64,000 nt of DNA. Source: Oopsacas minuta. Taxonomy: Eukaryota > Animalia > Porifera. The position numbers were made by a program, and so were the translations under genes. The notes beneath the pieces are model-generated. The model searched no databases. It was not told where the DNA came from and saw only the letters and a program-made list of their open reading frames with translations. The stretch lies in the NCBI GenBank assembly GCA_024704765.1, contig JAKMXF010000341.1, forward strand, positions 94,884-158,883, in the 5' to 3' direction. Every line of letters starts with the position of its first letter. The first letter of the stretch is position 1. This document shows positions 62,327 to 64,000 of this stretch, one piece after another.

Positions 62327-63671
62327 CTATACGGTATGTGATCTCTATAGAAGATCAATTCATTTAGCTCCTATATATTCCTACCACTTCATACTCCTAA
62401 TTGTTCAGTCTCAAGTTACTGATCGATTACAGGTTTTTAATGAATAATTAGATACTAGATCAGGTTGTGTAATTCATTCACTCATCTTATTTGCATCATC
62501 CCAAGTGACTAGCCAAATGGTGGTTACACCAGTATTTGGTTGTCCTTAGTAGCAAGCCAGCTAGCTAGATCTCATTAATTATTTAATTCACTTGCTCGCA
62601 GGGGCGCCATAGCCCCCTGCGATTTTTGAGATCTAATTTCTGTCTCAGAATGAATAACTAATAAGATAAATTAACTTAAATTGTTCCTCCATAGGTGTTA
62701 GAAATAGCTGTAGTTCGCTATTTCAGGGTATAACATTAAAAATTTTCTTAGGGGCTTGTCCCCAGACCCACGTAGGGATAGCTCGCTACGCTCGCAACTT
62801 GGCCCGCCCTGAGATTATATCCTGGATCCACCCCAGTTTGCTCGTATGTCACGTAAACTATTATTCCAGCAGCTTGGCTGATCAAATGCATCCCAGGAAC
62901 AATCTGAGCATATTTAAGCTAGAAAGTGTATTATATAGCTATCAGTAGCTCTGCTCCGTCGTTCATTATATGAGGGTATTCGAGTATGGGGAATCCATTA
63001 TAACTTTTCTTAGGTTCACAAATTTGTAGTTAAATTCATAGAGATTCCCATATTTTGTGAAAATTCTATACACCCATAATTATTTCATGCTGCATTAGTT
63101 AGATCATGGTTAGATATAACAAAATTAATAATACAAATACTTTATTTTATCTTGTGGCCATGGTGTACCCCTGTGTTGCCATTTAGAGCAATTGTATGTG
63201 AAACAACAATATGTTTACATATATTTATCCAAGAGTGTGAACATCGAATTTGGGATATTCCATTTTTTGCTCTGGAATCAGAATTTACGTAGCTCTATTT
63301 CTAGCCCTCATTGTGTCCCAGTGTACGTGTAATTACAGAGCTAGGCCTAGGGGGATACCGTGTATTCTGGGCTAGGCCACTTTATATCCGAAAATAGTCC
63401 CGGACACAGGTATAATCTGGCCTACTACACTGGGCCAATATTTTCGTGACAAAAGCTCCAAAAACGGGGCTTTTGGAATGAGGGAACTTCTGGAAACGGA
63501 ATGGACGATAAATAGAGCAAAATCCTCTTCCCATATAGATGAACCACAAACGAATAATTTGACAGAAACGGGGAAACAAGGTAGCATTTTCAGCATCCTG
63601 GTACTCCGTTTTGGATGTTGTACTGTAATTATTCTAATCTGCTCTAATTACTAATTTCAATAACTTAGAAA

Positions 63672-64000
63672 ATGGGTAGTTACAAGGTAGCAGACATAAG
63701 CCTGGCCGAATGGGGACAGAAAGAAGTAATTCTTGCCCGCAATGAAATGCCAGGCCTGGTAGAGATGCAGCAACGATTTGGTGATAGCAAACCTCTGAAA
63801 GGAGCTCGTATTGCTGGGTGTTTACATATGACAATTCAAACAGCTGTGTTGATTGAAACACTACGTAAATTAGGAGCAGAAGTTGCCTGGTCTTCCTGTA
63901 ACATATTCAGCACTCAGGACCATGCAGCAGCAGCTGTAGCTACCTGGGGAGTTCCTGTGTATGCTTGGAAAGGAGAAACTGTTGAGGAATACGTTTGGTG
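63672..64000 (+). CDS. AHCY: Adenosylhomocysteinase, 5' part (runs off the window; absent from the ORF track)
   Basis: [109 protein letters not shown]. Confidence 0.97.
   Translation, partial: MGSYKVADISLAEWGQKEVILARNEMPGLVEMQQRFGDSKPLKGARIAGCLHMTIQTAVLIETLRKLGAEVAWSSCNIFSTQDHAAAAVATWGVPVYAWKGETVEEYVW

Noticed and set aside
62599-62835. hAT-type MITE
   Set aside because: GC-rich ends are suggestive, but the terminal repeats match poorly and no 8-bp TSD was confirmed.
1-64000. tRNA, rRNA or other structured RNA genes
   Set aside because: None recognised by eye. A tRNAscan-SE/Infernal search would be needed to exclude them.

Overview
AT-rich animal genomic DNA with GT-AG introns and the standard genetic code. 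Gene content and compactness suggest an early-branching metazoan such as a sponge (inference only). Recognisable genes: (1) a giant minus-strand secreted-protein gene with 15 phase-consistent exons, >3500 aa, running off the left edge. Its architecture is vitellogenin/LPD_N-like, M23/LECT2-like, poly-Asp, SAP-like, NGNGT repeats, PAN/Apple and many FN3-like 'DPESGI' repeats. (2) Cystinosin. (3) A MATE transporter. (4) PLRG1, in four exons with a 10.4 kb third intron. (5) A single-exon 1355 aa beta-helix plus multi-TM protein. (6) The 5' part of AHCY at the right edge. Five tiny intronless bZIP genes or pseudogenes with abnormal basic regions are scattered through the window and fall into two classes: Maf-like with Asn>Met, and CNC-like with a 7-residue deletion. 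Mobile DNA includes a near-intact DD34D mariner with one nonsense codon, IS630/Tc1 and hAT transposase relics, several MITEs (one nested) and a non-autonomous Helitron-like family. Exon boundaries were derived by hand. Domain names come from motif recognition, not from database searches.
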